DNA of 42,296 bases from a virus (Duplodnaviria; Caudoviricetes): the IMG/VR virus record IMGVR_UViG_3300038314_001501, positions 1-42,296 of that record, one strand, 5' to 3'. The notes under the pieces were generated by a model, which worked only from the letters and a program-made list of their open reading frames with translations, was not told where the DNA came from and did not search any database. Numbering within the stretch: position 1 is the stretch's first letter; each line of letters begins with the position of its first letter. This document shows positions 17,442 to 26,861 of the stretch, piece by piece. Position numbers and translations under genes: made by a program.

Positions 17442-20129
17442 TTAGCTCCCCATGACGGCTTCCAGTGCTGGCTTAGGCTGTAGCTCGGCTTCCGGCTCTG
17501 AGTCCGCGATCTGGAAGTCCTTGCGCATGGATATGAAGCCGTCGAGGTCTTCATTATAGATGAACTTCCTTCTGTGAGTGGCGGTATTGCCAAAGGTATA
17601 TCGAGTGCGAGTGGCCTTCCCAGTCCACTGTGACTTACCACCACCACCCGTGTATTCAATCAGCGTCATACCGCTCTGAGGTTTCATACTCAGTGGTTGA
17701 GGTGGCGGAGGCGGAGTACTGACTCGTCTCTTACTACATCCTGCACATCCCATGATCAACTTCTCCTTGCCGGCCGCACCGTTATCGAATATCTCTGGCC
17801 ACTTCTGCCGCATGGCATCCTTGCTCTTTTCCTTATTAGCCATGTCGGATTCACGGCGCTTACCGGTTGTTTTCCTGTATGTAAAAAGCGGCTTGTTTAT
17901 CTTGACTGCACAACCCCCCTTGAGTGCATAGGCGATTTGAAAGTCCCAATCCTCCCAGCTCTGCATATCAACATCGTATCCGCCGACCTGCTCCCACGCT
18001 TCTTTTGAGTACATGGCACAACTCGCGTGGATGCAGCCCTTGCTGACAAGGAGCTCCGGATGCCATTCTGGGGGGTCCCATATCTTGGTATCCCCATCCC
18101 CCTTTTCATCCCACCACTGGGAGTAAACAACGCCCTTTGTTTCCTGCCACACTGACCACATATCCATCAGGCACGTTGGTTCCAGTATATCATCTGCATC
18201 AAGGCAAACAAAAGCGGCAGTCTCGGATAATGATATCCCTAAGTTCCGCGCTGCGGCGGGACCCTCCTTCCCCTTAGTGCTGACTATTCTGGCCCACGGA
18301 TGCGGTACCGCTAGTTCCTTGCCGGTGTCATTCACGACGATACAATGCCAGTTACGGAAATTCTGCGCCTCGACAGAATCAAGGGCATCGATAACCAGCT
18401 TCTCATGCCCAGTCCCCACAGGGATGACCACGGTTACCAACGCGGGTTCACAGGATGGTACTGGCCATGCCTTCCCTATCACCGCAGGCGGTTTAGCAGC
18501 GACCCCCCAGGGGACCAGATTGACATTCTTTGTCCAGGGCATCCACGAAGTCCAGTCGGGTTCTGTCTCACTGCGGCTCTTACTGTCTGGACGGTACCGG
18601 TAGATATACGTCACAGATTGTGTCACCTTCTTCGGCTGGAAACCATACGAAACAGCACGGATCCAGAACTCGGCATCCTCGGACACCTTCGCTCTATCGC
18701 GATATCCGCCCGTCCTCTCATAAACCTCCCGCCGGCATAGGCAAGTGCTGGGGATTTGGTTCTTATGTTGGAACTGAGCCAGGCAATTGAACTCGGGCGG
18801 CCACCTCGATACACCGTCATCGGTACCTGTAATCGGGTCTGGTGTCACCCCGTCCTCCAGGACAAACTTAATGCGCCCATAGGCGATATGGATCGATCGG
18901 TCATTGTCCAAAGCATCGGAGAGGTTCTTCAATGTTGCCGGCGGTATCATGTTGTCCGGGTCAAGGTTCATCACGTAACGGCCGCGGGCATGCTTGAAAC
19001 CATGATTCAAAGCCCCCGGCAGTTTGAGGTTGGCCCCGGTTGAGATCACTCTTATCCGATCATCACCCTTCGCCAGGTTCTTGGCAGCTTGGAAAGAACC
19101 ATCCTTGGATTTATCATCAACTATGATCAGTTCCCAGCTCCGCATTGTCTGATCCTGAACGCTCTTGATCATGTCAGGTAGGAGGTGGCCGAGGTTATAG
19201 CAAGGTGTTATAATGCTGACCTTTGGTAGATTATTGAGGTTGTTTTGCCGATCGTAAACATCCTGATAGAGCTGGGCGTATGATGCCATGACTTTATCCC
19301 ACGTAAAGCGCTCCAGCACTACAGCTCGGGCAGCCTCGCCAATCTCCTCACGGTGTTCAAGGCACCACGTTAAGCCCTCTCTCAGATGCTTATAGTCTCC
19401 GGGGGGAGATAGCCAGCCCGTTTTACCATGCTCGATTATCTCCGTCTGCCCTCCCCATTTCCAGCCTAATATCGGCACCCCGCAAGCCATCGCCTCAAGT
19501 GTTCCGATCCCAAAGGTCTCCCGCGTAGTGGCCAGATAAACCCCTGCATGCCGGATGTATTCCATTGCCTCCTGGAATACCTTCTTCCCGGTTACTTCAA
19601 CATTCTTTGCCGGCTGACCAAAGGTAGTGACGAATGGGACATCGGGTGATATGGCTGCCAGTTTGTTCACCGGTATCGGGTCCGATATCGCATCGGTTCG
19701 CGCCTTATTCCATAGAACATAACCCTCATTCTCCCCGGGTTCCCAGATCCCGGCGTCTATCCCGTGGTGTAGAACTGTTGGGCTAATCCAGGTACCCCGC
19801 TTGATTGCGTAAGCCACCCATTCACTCGGAGCCGTCACGTGATCGCACCGCTTCATCGCCTCGGTCACCTGGGCATTCACTCGGGCACCCCAGCCAGGCC
19901 AATCATATTCCGACCAGTAGAGACCGTGGCAATGCGACACCCAAGGCATCCCCACAGGGATATCAGGTATCTCGGCAGCATGAGTCGCTACGATATCGGC
20001 GCCGGCTATCTTGTCGACCATCTCGAAACCGTAGGCTGGGAGGTATTTGAATTGAGCCTCAACGACTCGTCTAATCCCACCATCACCTCTATCGGGTCTA
20101 TCATATTGCGGGATAATCATCAGTTTCAT
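17442..20129 (-). CDS. Multidomain glycosyltransferase (GT4 + GT2 + GT2) with a C-terminal non-GT domain
   Basis: GT4 ETFGIGTLEAMACG; GT2 VSIITPCYN...VDDKS...LDPD; second GT2 VTVVIPV...VVND...CLDADD...EDWDF. Confidence 0.9.
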   Translation of the reverse strand: MKLMIIPQYDRPDRGDGGIRRVVEAQFKYLPAYGFEMVDKIAGADIVATHAAEIPDIPVGMPWVSHCHGLYWSEYDWPGWGARVNAQVTEAMKRCDHVTAPSEWVAYAIKRGTWISPTVLHHGIDAGIWEPGENEGYVLWNKARTDAISDPIPVNKLAAISPDVPFVTTFGQPAKNVEVTGKKVFQEAMEYIRHAGVYLATTRETFGIGTLEAMACGVPILGWKWGGQTEIIEHGKTGWLSPPGDYKHLREGLTWCLEHREEIGEAARAVVLERFTWDKVMASYAQLYQDVYDRQNNLNNLPKVSIITPCYNLGHLLPDMIKSVQDQTMRSWELIIVDDKSKDGSFQAAKNLAKGDDRIRVISTGANLKLPGALNHGFKHARGRYVMNLDPDNMIPPATLKNLSDALDNDRSIHIAYGRIKFVLEDGVTPDPITGTDDGVSRWPPEFNCLAQFQHKNQIPSTCLCRREVYERTGGYRDRAKVSEDAEFWIRAVSYGFQPKKVTQSVTYIYRYRPDSKSRSETEPDWTSWMPWTKNVNLVPWGVAAKPPAVIGKAWPVPSCEPALVTVVIPVGTGHEKLVIDALDSVEAQNFRNWHCIVVNDTGKELAVPHPWARIVSTKGKEGPAAARNLGISLSETAAFVCLDADDILEPTCLMDMWSVWQETKGVVYSQWWDEKGDGDTKIWDPPEWHPELLVSKGCIHASCAMYSKEAWEQVGGYDVDMQSWEDWDFQIAYALKGGCAVKINKPLFTYRKTTGKRRESDMANKEKSKDAMRQKWPEIFDNGAAGKEKLIMGCAGCSKRRVSTPPPPPQPLSMKPQSGMTLIEYTGGGGKSQWTGKATRTRYTFGNTATHRRKFIYNEDLDGFISMRKDFQIADSEPEAELQPKPALEAVMGS

Positions 20130-20890
20130 GCCGACACCTTCAATGCTTCCAACTTGTCCAAAAACTCCTTACTTGCCTCTTCCCTAGTGAGCCCCCGATT
20201 CTCCAGCGCCTCCTTGAAGCTGTACCCATCGCCTATGTGATCGCATATATCATAGCGCAACCAGGCGGGCCAGACGATATCCGGTCCGGGCTGGCACATT
20301 ACATTCGATTGCATCCCCAGTTCGGTAATCCCAGGGGTCTGGCCTTCAGGGTAGATACCGTAAGCATCGTGGAATCGGCGGTGCCTCATGGCAGCGTGGC
20401 CGACCCACGTCCACAACTGCTTCTCTTTGTCCAACCTCCACCATAAGCGATCGCCGCCCGTTATGACATGGCCGTATAGATCAGGCTGTAGTCTTCCGAG
20501 CCGTACCATGCCTATTTCCTCATTCTCCTGGAACAATTCAACGCATGGAATCAACTCGATCTCCATATTCGGTACCCAGTCATCCTCCCAGTGAAGCCAC
20601 ATATCAGCCCGCTCCAGGCATCTCGCTATTCCCTCATTCATGTTCTTCCCGACGCTGTGACCGCCCGTGTTGGAAGTTGTTATCTCATAATCAGCCCCGA
20701 TCTCCTCAACTAGCTTTTCGATGTGACCACCATTACTCCCGTCGTCGGCGATGTGCCATCCAAGATTGGGATACCGGATTCTTTCCTTGATGCCACGGAT
20801 CGTAGTGAGTGCGACCTCAGTCCGCTCATAGGTAATAAGAAGGACTATCACCAGGGGGAATTCGTTCATTTCTTCACCGTTATCTTCCAT
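20126..20890 (-). CDS. GT2/GT-A glycosyltransferase
   Basis: LLITYER, IADDGS, HWEDDW motifs. Confidence 0.8.
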   Translation of the reverse strand: MEDNGEEMNEFPLVIVLLITYERTEVALTTIRGIKERIRYPNLGWHIADDGSNGGHIEKLVEEIGADYEITTSNTGGHSVGKNMNEGIARCLERADMWLHWEDDWVPNMEIELIPCVELFQENEEIGMVRLGRLQPDLYGHVITGGDRLWWRLDKEKQLWTWVGHAAMRHRRFHDAYGIYPEGQTPGITELGMQSNVMCQPGPDIVWPAWLRYDICDHIGDGYSFKEALENRGLTREEASKEFLDKLEALKVSA

Positions 20891-20924
20891 AATGTTCTCG
20901 GGACTCCATGCTCAGGAATTGTCA

Positions 20925-22034
20925 CTATCTCTTTGAACTCACCCCCGGTGAATACGACCGACTCCACATCCGCAAGTCTAGCTTCCCTAACGAAAGTAAG
21001 TTTAAACCTGGGATCGTTCCGAGGACGCCACGCTTCTCCGGATGGTTCACCATGGCCTCATCATCCACCGCCTGTTTGATCATGGCTTTAGCATCATCTA
21101 TTGACAGCGCCGTATCAGGTCGCTCGGAATTGTAGCGCTTATTGTGCCTCTCGAGGGGATCAGAAGTCATCGGGTATAGGCGCATGACAGCTTCCCTCAT
21201 GTTCGGGTTGCATAATGGAATTTGCTCGGCGCGGACAGATTCAATATCACCCAGTAAGTCCTCATGCATCTTTTCACCGAACCGGACACCGACCTCCTCA
21301 AATTCAACATCCTCGGCGTCCCCATCTAATTCCAGCGAAGCCACAGCGCGCGCCACATCCATCATATTCAGGGACGGGAGTCGGGGGATTAAGATAGTAC
21401 CGCCCTGCTTTTCCTGAAGCGCCATCAAGATCAGCTCTACCCCAGTCCCGACAGACAGCCAGAATCGGGTCATCTGAGGGTTGGTGATTAAGACATGTCT
21501 GTCCTTGATTATCTGGCGCCTGAACAATGGGATAGCACTGCCGGTACTGGAGACGACATTGCCATATCTAACAAGATTGAACTGCGTGGGACTCTTGGCA
21601 TCGGCTTCCTGGAAGAGGCGCTCCATCATCAGTTTGGTCGTACCGTAAACGTTGATCGGTTGGCACGCCTTGTCGGTGGATATCCCGACAACGCGGTCGA
21701 CGCCATTCCGGGCAGCGGCCCGGGCAACATTGAGGGAGCCAATGACGTTGATCTCGTGGCATTCGGCAACGTTAATCTCTGCCTCAGGGACATACTTGAA
21801 GGCAGCGGCGTGGACAACCGTATCGTGCCCCGCCATGGCCAACTCAATTGAATCGTAATCCCTCACGTCCCCGATGATGTATCTGTGCTGAGGGAATTCT
21901 CTCTGGCAATAAGAGTGCTTCCCGTGGTCTCTACTGAAGATAGTACAACGGACATCGGGCTCGCGTTCAGCCAATGTCCGTAATAGTGCTCGTCCCAGGT
22001 AGCCTGCGCCACCAGTAATGAATAGATTCCTCAT
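20925..22034 (-). CDS. UDP-GlcNAc 4,6-dehydratase-like (PseB/CapD family)
   Basis: TGGAGYLG, HAAAFKYVP, STDKA, YGTTK, RYGNV, MTRFW, GEKMHE motifs. Confidence 0.9.
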   Translation of the reverse strand: MRNLFITGGAGYLGRALLRTLAEREPDVRCTIFSRDHGKHSYCQREFPQHRYIIGDVRDYDSIELAMAGHDTVVHAAAFKYVPEAEINVAECHEINVIGSLNVARAAARNGVDRVVGISTDKACQPINVYGTTKLMMERLFQEADAKSPTQFNLVRYGNVVSSTGSAIPLFRRQIIKDRHVLITNPQMTRFWLSVGTGVELILMALQEKQGGTILIPRLPSLNMMDVARAVASLELDGDAEDVEFEEVGVRFGEKMHEDLLGDIESVRAEQIPLCNPNMREAVMRLYPMTSDPLERHNKRYNSERPDTALSIDDAKAMIKQAVDDEAMVNHPEKRGVLGTIPGLNLLSLGKLDLRMWSRSYSPGVSSKR

Positions 22035-22056
22035 GCCAATCTCTCCTTATGTTTAG

Positions 22057-22094
22057 TGGAGAGGGGAGGTGGGTGCTGATTCCTCCCCTCTCCA
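22057..22094. terminator. 13-bp GC-rich stem-loop downstream of the capsid gene (terminator or stabiliser)
   Basis: TGGAGAGGGGAGG / CCTCCCCTCTCCA with a 12-nt loop; no clear U-tract on the minus strand. Confidence 0.55.
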
Positions 22095-22131
22095 GCCACT
22101 GACCTCAGTCTGTTGACTACTTGAGCCTAGA

Positions 22132-23562
22132 CTAGAGCGGCCAGTTCGATTCTGAGGTGTCGCCGCCATCGACGAAGTAAGTATCATCACCAGGGAACGG
22201 GGTCCTCTCATGTTGCAGCGGGTTGTACCGTACATTCTGGATACGACCGGCCAGCTGCGGGGTCCTGAGGATGAGCCGCGGTCTGATGACGCCTGCCGCC
22301 TTCAGGCAGGACTTTGTCCGGGCATTGGTCCAGAACCACATCCCATTATCGGTTGTCCACACTCCGTTGGCATGGAACCAGTCCAGTGTCGGAGCCATCT
22401 GCGGGTTGTTGAACTGGAAGAACTCCATGAAGGTCACCGGCGCGGCACCGACTCTCAGCGGGATCAGGTAGATATCCGATGCCATCTGGCCAGGCGGGAT
22501 ATTGGCATTGTCGCCGTTGGTCTCCTCAGTGATACCGACATCGGTGATCACCGGGATCTCCACGCCTTCAACCGGGAGTACCTTGTTCATCCGCAACCGG
22601 TCTCTCTCCCTGACCATCTCCGTGGCATTCACGTTATTCCTGTCCTGAGCATTATTGGTTACGTTGCAACCGAAGGTGCTGTAGCGGCAAGGCCACAACT
22701 GGGAAAGCTCGTGGAACAGGCTGGGTCTCATCACCAGTGCCCAGTCGACCGGCATCATCCCCGTGGTCTCTGCCAGCCGCTTCAGGAAGTGCACCATCGC
22801 TGACATGACCTGTACGATATCAGCCGGGTTGGTTGCCGTGATGAGCTGATAGTTGAAGTCCTTCAGGTCGGAGTCGAGGGACGGGCAGCTGGTCTGGGAG
22901 ACCGCATCCTGGTGCCCGGTAGTGATCAGCATGTCAAAGCCATTGAACGGCACGAAGCCGGTACCCACGGCGTTGGCTACATTTCCGTTCCACACCATCT
23001 GCGAGATCACCCTTGACACTGATGTGCCGTACTCGAGTAGGACTTTCGTCAACTCAAGCTGGAGACTCTTGTCGGGTGGAACCCCACCCGGAGCCATGCT
23101 GTCGATACCCAACAGGTTCATCAACTGGAGGTCCATGGGATCAGAGCGGTTCACGCGCTGGCCTATCCTCTCCAGTAAAATCTCCCTTGTATCGCGGCAG
23201 ATGCGGCCGAAGGATGACGTCAAGGTGCAGCCTTTCAGCAAGCCGGGCTGAACACAATCAGCGCATTCGGTTGACGGCTCGCTTCCTGTATCGTCCTGGA
23301 CACCCGTGAGGGTTTCGTAATACGGGGTATCAAAGACCGATGGGTTTTTGGGCAACACGCCCAGGATGCCGGGCTCAATCCCGACTATAGTGGAGAACAC
23401 CTGCGGGTCCAAACCGGGCATCGTCAGGATACCACCACTCCCGTGGAAGTACTGAGCATTGGGCGTCCCAGAGGCATCATGCTTGTATCCCGTTTGCAAA
23501 CCCTTCTCTCTGACAATGGTTTCAACCATCGCTGAAAGGGCTTTTTCCATTACAGCGTCCAT
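22132..23562 (-). CDS. Major capsid protein
   Basis: Follows the protease/scaffold gene; strong AAGGAGG RBS; size; FNGFD and PRLILRTPQLAGRIQNV HK97-like segments. Confidence 0.8.
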   Translation of the reverse strand: MDAVMEKALSAMVETIVREKGLQTGYKHDASGTPNAQYFHGSGGILTMPGLDPQVFSTIVGIEPGILGVLPKNPSVFDTPYYETLTGVQDDTGSEPSTECADCVQPGLLKGCTLTSSFGRICRDTREILLERIGQRVNRSDPMDLQLMNLLGIDSMAPGGVPPDKSLQLELTKVLLEYGTSVSRVISQMVWNGNVANAVGTGFVPFNGFDMLITTGHQDAVSQTSCPSLDSDLKDFNYQLITATNPADIVQVMSAMVHFLKRLAETTGMMPVDWALVMRPSLFHELSQLWPCRYSTFGCNVTNNAQDRNNVNATEMVRERDRLRMNKVLPVEGVEIPVITDVGITEETNGDNANIPPGQMASDIYLIPLRVGAAPVTFMEFFQFNNPQMAPTLDWFHANGVWTTDNGMWFWTNARTKSCLKAAGVIRPRLILRTPQLAGRIQNVRYNPLQHERTPFPGDDTYFVDGGDTSESNWPL

Positions 23563-23608
23563 AACTGTAACCTCCTTGTTAATACGTTATTTTACAATCC
23601 CATTGCTC

Positions 23609-25459
23609 CTACTGAGCAGGGGCAGAAGGCTTGAAGAAGCCCGCCAGCATATCCTCATTGACTGGAGCCTTCACCGAGGTGGCCTCCTCCTCCGTCTTCT
23701 CAGCCACTGTCGGAGGGTCGCCCTTTTCCGATGCCTGGAAGCCAGCACTCTGTGCCTTGAATGCGTCGGCTATAATCTCGTCCACAGTCTTCCCCGCCTT
23801 CTCGGCCGTAGCCTTAACGACCGCCTCCATGGCGTCGAGCCGCGTCCCAAGCCCTGGAATTGTCGTCTCCTTCAACTCCTTCACTCCATCGGTCAGGCTC
23901 GAGATGGCGGTAATCATGGCCTTGAAACCATCGCTCTCAACGAGAGCCTTGACGGTGTCCTGAACGACGGTCTCCGTGGATACCGCTTCACTGCCGGGCA
24001 AACCCAAATCCTTCGACTCGATGCCCAAGCTGGTGAGGTCCTTCTCAAGGTCAGTAACCTTGCTTTCCAGCGCTACGGCTACCTCTTCACCGTGAAGCCC
24101 CACGATGTATTTCCTTTTCTCTGGGTCGAACATTTGTTTGACCTCCTTCTTTAGTATATCCATTGCAGTCCACACATTAGCAGCCTTGTCGATGGGAAGG
24201 TGCGACACTTCCCAGGTGCGGTAGTGACCGATGATCTCTTGTTCCTTGTCGCTGTATGTGTAGACGAAACCATGGGACATGCCGATATCCTCGTGCTGAC
24301 ATTTCTCAGCCAGTTTCTCAGCCTCGGCATATTTCTCCTTGTCAATCGGGCCACCCATTATCAGGAAGCCATTGCTGTAGTCAGCGAAGTCCGCAACGCC
24401 TATCCTGGTGCCGGGCGTGTGCCACGAGAGCAGTACTGGATAATCTTTCGACTCATCCAGGTATTCGATAAAGTCTTTATGCGCCGCCTCCTCAATTATC
24501 TGCTGCGGATTGTCCCGGTCCCTCCATTTATTCGATGGGATCCCGATCCACCGCATGGCACCGTCTTTGTCCTTGCTGATCACGAACATAGCCGCATCCT
24601 TAACATCCTTGACCGCATTCAGGCGCCGGCGCAGGTTTTCCTTCTGGTCATCGTTGCCGTCCGACTTACCGATAGCGGTCCCAATGCGGCTGACCGCCTG
24701 CTTCTTCTGATCACCGGTAAGCTGGACTCTCTGTCCGCGGAAGCCACCGGGCTGCATCGCAGTGATGGCCGCCGCCACCTGGCGGACTGTGAAATTACCG
24801 CTGCTCTTTTCAGCCAATCGCAGTTTCCAGGTTGAAGGTTTATCCGAATCAGGGACCACGGCATAATCGGAAGCCTTGAACTTGACGCCATCCTCGGTCT
24901 TGGTTTCCTGCTTCTCGGCGTTCGGTTCAACCGCCTTCGACATGTCTGATAGTATCTCCGCAACTCTCTTCTGGAAACCGCTGGCTATCTTCTTGATCTT
25001 GCCCGGTTTACCAGCTAAGTCATCATCGCTATCCATGACATTCTCCATGAGTATCTTAGTTTCCCAAGTCGTCTCATGAACTGCACCAGCCTGATCCTGC
25101 GCCTTCCTCCACTCTTCCAATTCCTCGAAAGACTGAGCGCCAGCAAAGGGTCCTTGAGGTGCGTTTTGGTCAACTATGACAACAGGAACGGGGCCTCGTC
25201 CTGTCTCGTCCGGATGCCCCTTATCAGCGGTCGTTTCTTTGTTCTCCACAACGCCCACCTCCTTCTTTATTGTACCATTGGCAACCTTGAAGGCCGTCTC
25301 CTCGCATTTCTTCAGTGCCCCGGCACCTCCCCCGGTCTTCGGGTCCATACAGTTCTTGAGGAAGCCATTGAATGTACTGACCCATTTCTGGCGCTGAGGT
25401 TCCGTGAGCTTCTGCACATTGCTCGGTAATTTCGGATCGTTCGGTCCAGCGAATGGCAT
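23609..25459 (-). CDS. ChaB-like N-terminus + prohead protease + scaffold fusion
   Basis: LPSNVQKL....RQKWVSTFN (ChaB-like); WRDRD..IIE...LLSWH...GMSHGF...EVS protease-like motifs; acidic/Ala-rich C-terminus; upstream of MCP. Confidence 0.7.
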   Translation of the reverse strand: MPFAGPNDPKLPSNVQKLTEPQRQKWVSTFNGFLKNCMDPKTGGGAGALKKCEETAFKVANGTIKKEVGVVENKETTADKGHPDETGRGPVPVVIVDQNAPQGPFAGAQSFEELEEWRKAQDQAGAVHETTWETKILMENVMDSDDDLAGKPGKIKKIASGFQKRVAEILSDMSKAVEPNAEKQETKTEDGVKFKASDYAVVPDSDKPSTWKLRLAEKSSGNFTVRQVAAAITAMQPGGFRGQRVQLTGDQKKQAVSRIGTAIGKSDGNDDQKENLRRRLNAVKDVKDAAMFVISKDKDGAMRWIGIPSNKWRDRDNPQQIIEEAAHKDFIEYLDESKDYPVLLSWHTPGTRIGVADFADYSNGFLIMGGPIDKEKYAEAEKLAEKCQHEDIGMSHGFVYTYSDKEQEIIGHYRTWEVSHLPIDKAANVWTAMDILKKEVKQMFDPEKRKYIVGLHGEEVAVALESKVTDLEKDLTSLGIESKDLGLPGSEAVSTETVVQDTVKALVESDGFKAMITAISSLTDGVKELKETTIPGLGTRLDAMEAVVKATAEKAGKTVDEIIADAFKAQSAGFQASEKGDPPTVAEKTEEEATSVKAPVNEDMLAGFFKPSAPAQ

Positions 25460-25470
25460 AATAGACCTCC

Positions 25471-26472
25471 CTAGTTATTTCTGACGGTAACGGGCCCGAG
25501 AGTCGAACTCGGTCCTCCTCCGCATGAGAGAGGCGACTTATCCGCTTGTCCTGCCCGACTCATATACTCGATTGTCCGTTTGATTCCTTCTTCCAATGTA
25601 ACAGTCGGCTCCCAGCCTATTTGATCTCTGAATCTATTTGCATCCAGAAAGGATGTCCTGACATCGCCCTGGCGAGTATCCTCATACTTTGGGCTGATGT
25701 ACTTACCCATCTGGGCTGAAATAATCCTGTGTATCTCATTGACTGTGATTGGGCCCCCGGATCCGATATTATAGATCCCATCCTTGTCGGCCTCCAAAGC
25801 CATAACATTGGCTCTCGCAATATCTTCAACAAACACGTAGTCCCTCGCTTGGTGACCATCTCCATATATTATACACTGTTCGTCAAGCATCATGCGACCA
25901 ATGAAGATAGCGACGACTCCAGCCGCCCCGTCCGCGGGCTGACCGGGGCCGTAAACATTCGGATATCTCAGCACGGCGCGGCTAATTCCGGATATCCGGA
26001 CATAGAACTCACCAGCTAATTTCGATATCCCGTAGGGAGATTGGGGGTCGAGCGGAGCGTCCTCCCCAACAGGAAACTTGGCGGGGTTACCATACACGGT
26101 GCCGCCGCTCGAGGCGTAGACAATCCTCTTGACTCTATTTCTTCGCAATGTAATTGACCTTGCAGCGTCAACAACAGAGATAGTACCCATGACATTCTGC
26201 TCGGCATCAAGTCCCCAGGCAGCCATTGAAACGGGGACTGCGCTCTGCGCACCAAGGTGGATGATGCCCTCGATTTCGTATTCGCACATCAACGCATCCA
26301 TCAACGGCTTGTCCTTCATGTCACCCGTTATCTTGTGGAGGCACTTCAAATCACGCATGCGCATCAGATCCCAATCAAGAGCGGTCACATCGTAGCCCTT
26401 CTCTTCGAGAAGCCTGATGGTGTGCCGTCCTATGAATCCCGCTCCGCCGGTGACCAATACTCTTTTCATCAA
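25471..26472 (-). CDS. NAD-dependent sugar epimerase/dehydratase (GalE-like)
   Basis: TGGAGFIG, ASSGGTVYG, YGISK, LRYPNVYGP, RDYVFVEDIA. Confidence 0.92.
   Translation of the reverse strand: MMKRVLVTGGAGFIGRHTIRLLEEKGYDVTALDWDLMRMRDLKCLHKITGDMKDKPLMDALMCEYEIEGIIHLGAQSAVPVSMAAWGLDAEQNVMGTISVVDAARSITLRRNRVKRIVYASSGGTVYGNPAKFPVGEDAPLDPQSPYGISKLAGEFYVRISGISRAVLRYPNVYGPGQPADGAAGVVAIFIGRMMLDEQCIIYGDGHQARDYVFVEDIARANVMALEADKDGIYNIGSGGPITVNEIHRIISAQMGKYISPKYEDTRQGDVRTSFLDANRFRDQIGWEPTVTLEEGIKRTIEYMSRAGQADKSPLSCGGGPSSTLGPVTVRNN
25485..25559 (-). tRNA. Degenerate tRNA(CAU)-like cloverleaf inside the epimerase 3' end
   Basis: GTCGGGC AG GAC-AAGCGGATAA-GTC G CCTCT-CTCATGC-GGAGG AGGA CCGAG-TTCGACT-CTCGG GCCCGTT A CCG. 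T arm and anticodon arm are intact; the acceptor stem has a mismatch and ends CCG rather than CCA. Confidence 0.5.
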
Positions 26473-26861
26473 AACACCTTGTTGATCATGTCTTGCATCC
26501 GTTTGGGAAAGTCCTTTTGTATCTGTTTGTCCAGATCCTTAATCGTCTTCCAGCCTATCTGCTCGAAAAGTGGTGCCTGATCTTGACCCTGCACAGCCTC
26601 GTTATATGGCGCCACTCTCCGATTAGACTGGATTATGGCCTGTATTATACCACCCCCAGTCTTGAGGGCGAAGTTCCAGGAACGTCTCAGTGTTCCCGTC
26701 CTCCGGTACCTGCTCTTCGCGGGTTGCGGTGGATATGTGCTCATAAGTCTGACGCCCTCGGCCGCTTGGTCTCTGACACCATTTGTCAACAATTCGACCA
26801 ACTTTGGTATATTCCCAAGTGGCTTCTTCGGAGTTACCGGTATCAACTGAAGTCTCGTCAT
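26469..26861 (-). CDS. HK97 gp10-like neck/virion morphogenesis protein
   Basis: YPP....YRRTGTLRRSW, APY motifs. Confidence 0.7.
   Translation of the reverse strand: MTRLQLIPVTPKKPLGNIPKLVELLTNGVRDQAAEGVRLMSTYPPQPAKSRYRRTGTLRRSWNFALKTGGGIIQAIIQSNRRVAPYNEAVQGQDQAPLFEQIGWKTIKDLDKQIQKDFPKRMQDMINKVF

Noticed and set aside
22057-22094. Classical Rho-independent terminator ending the late operon
   Set aside because: No U-tract follows on the coding strand and downstream genes have no obvious promoter, so it is kept only as a low-confidence hairpin.
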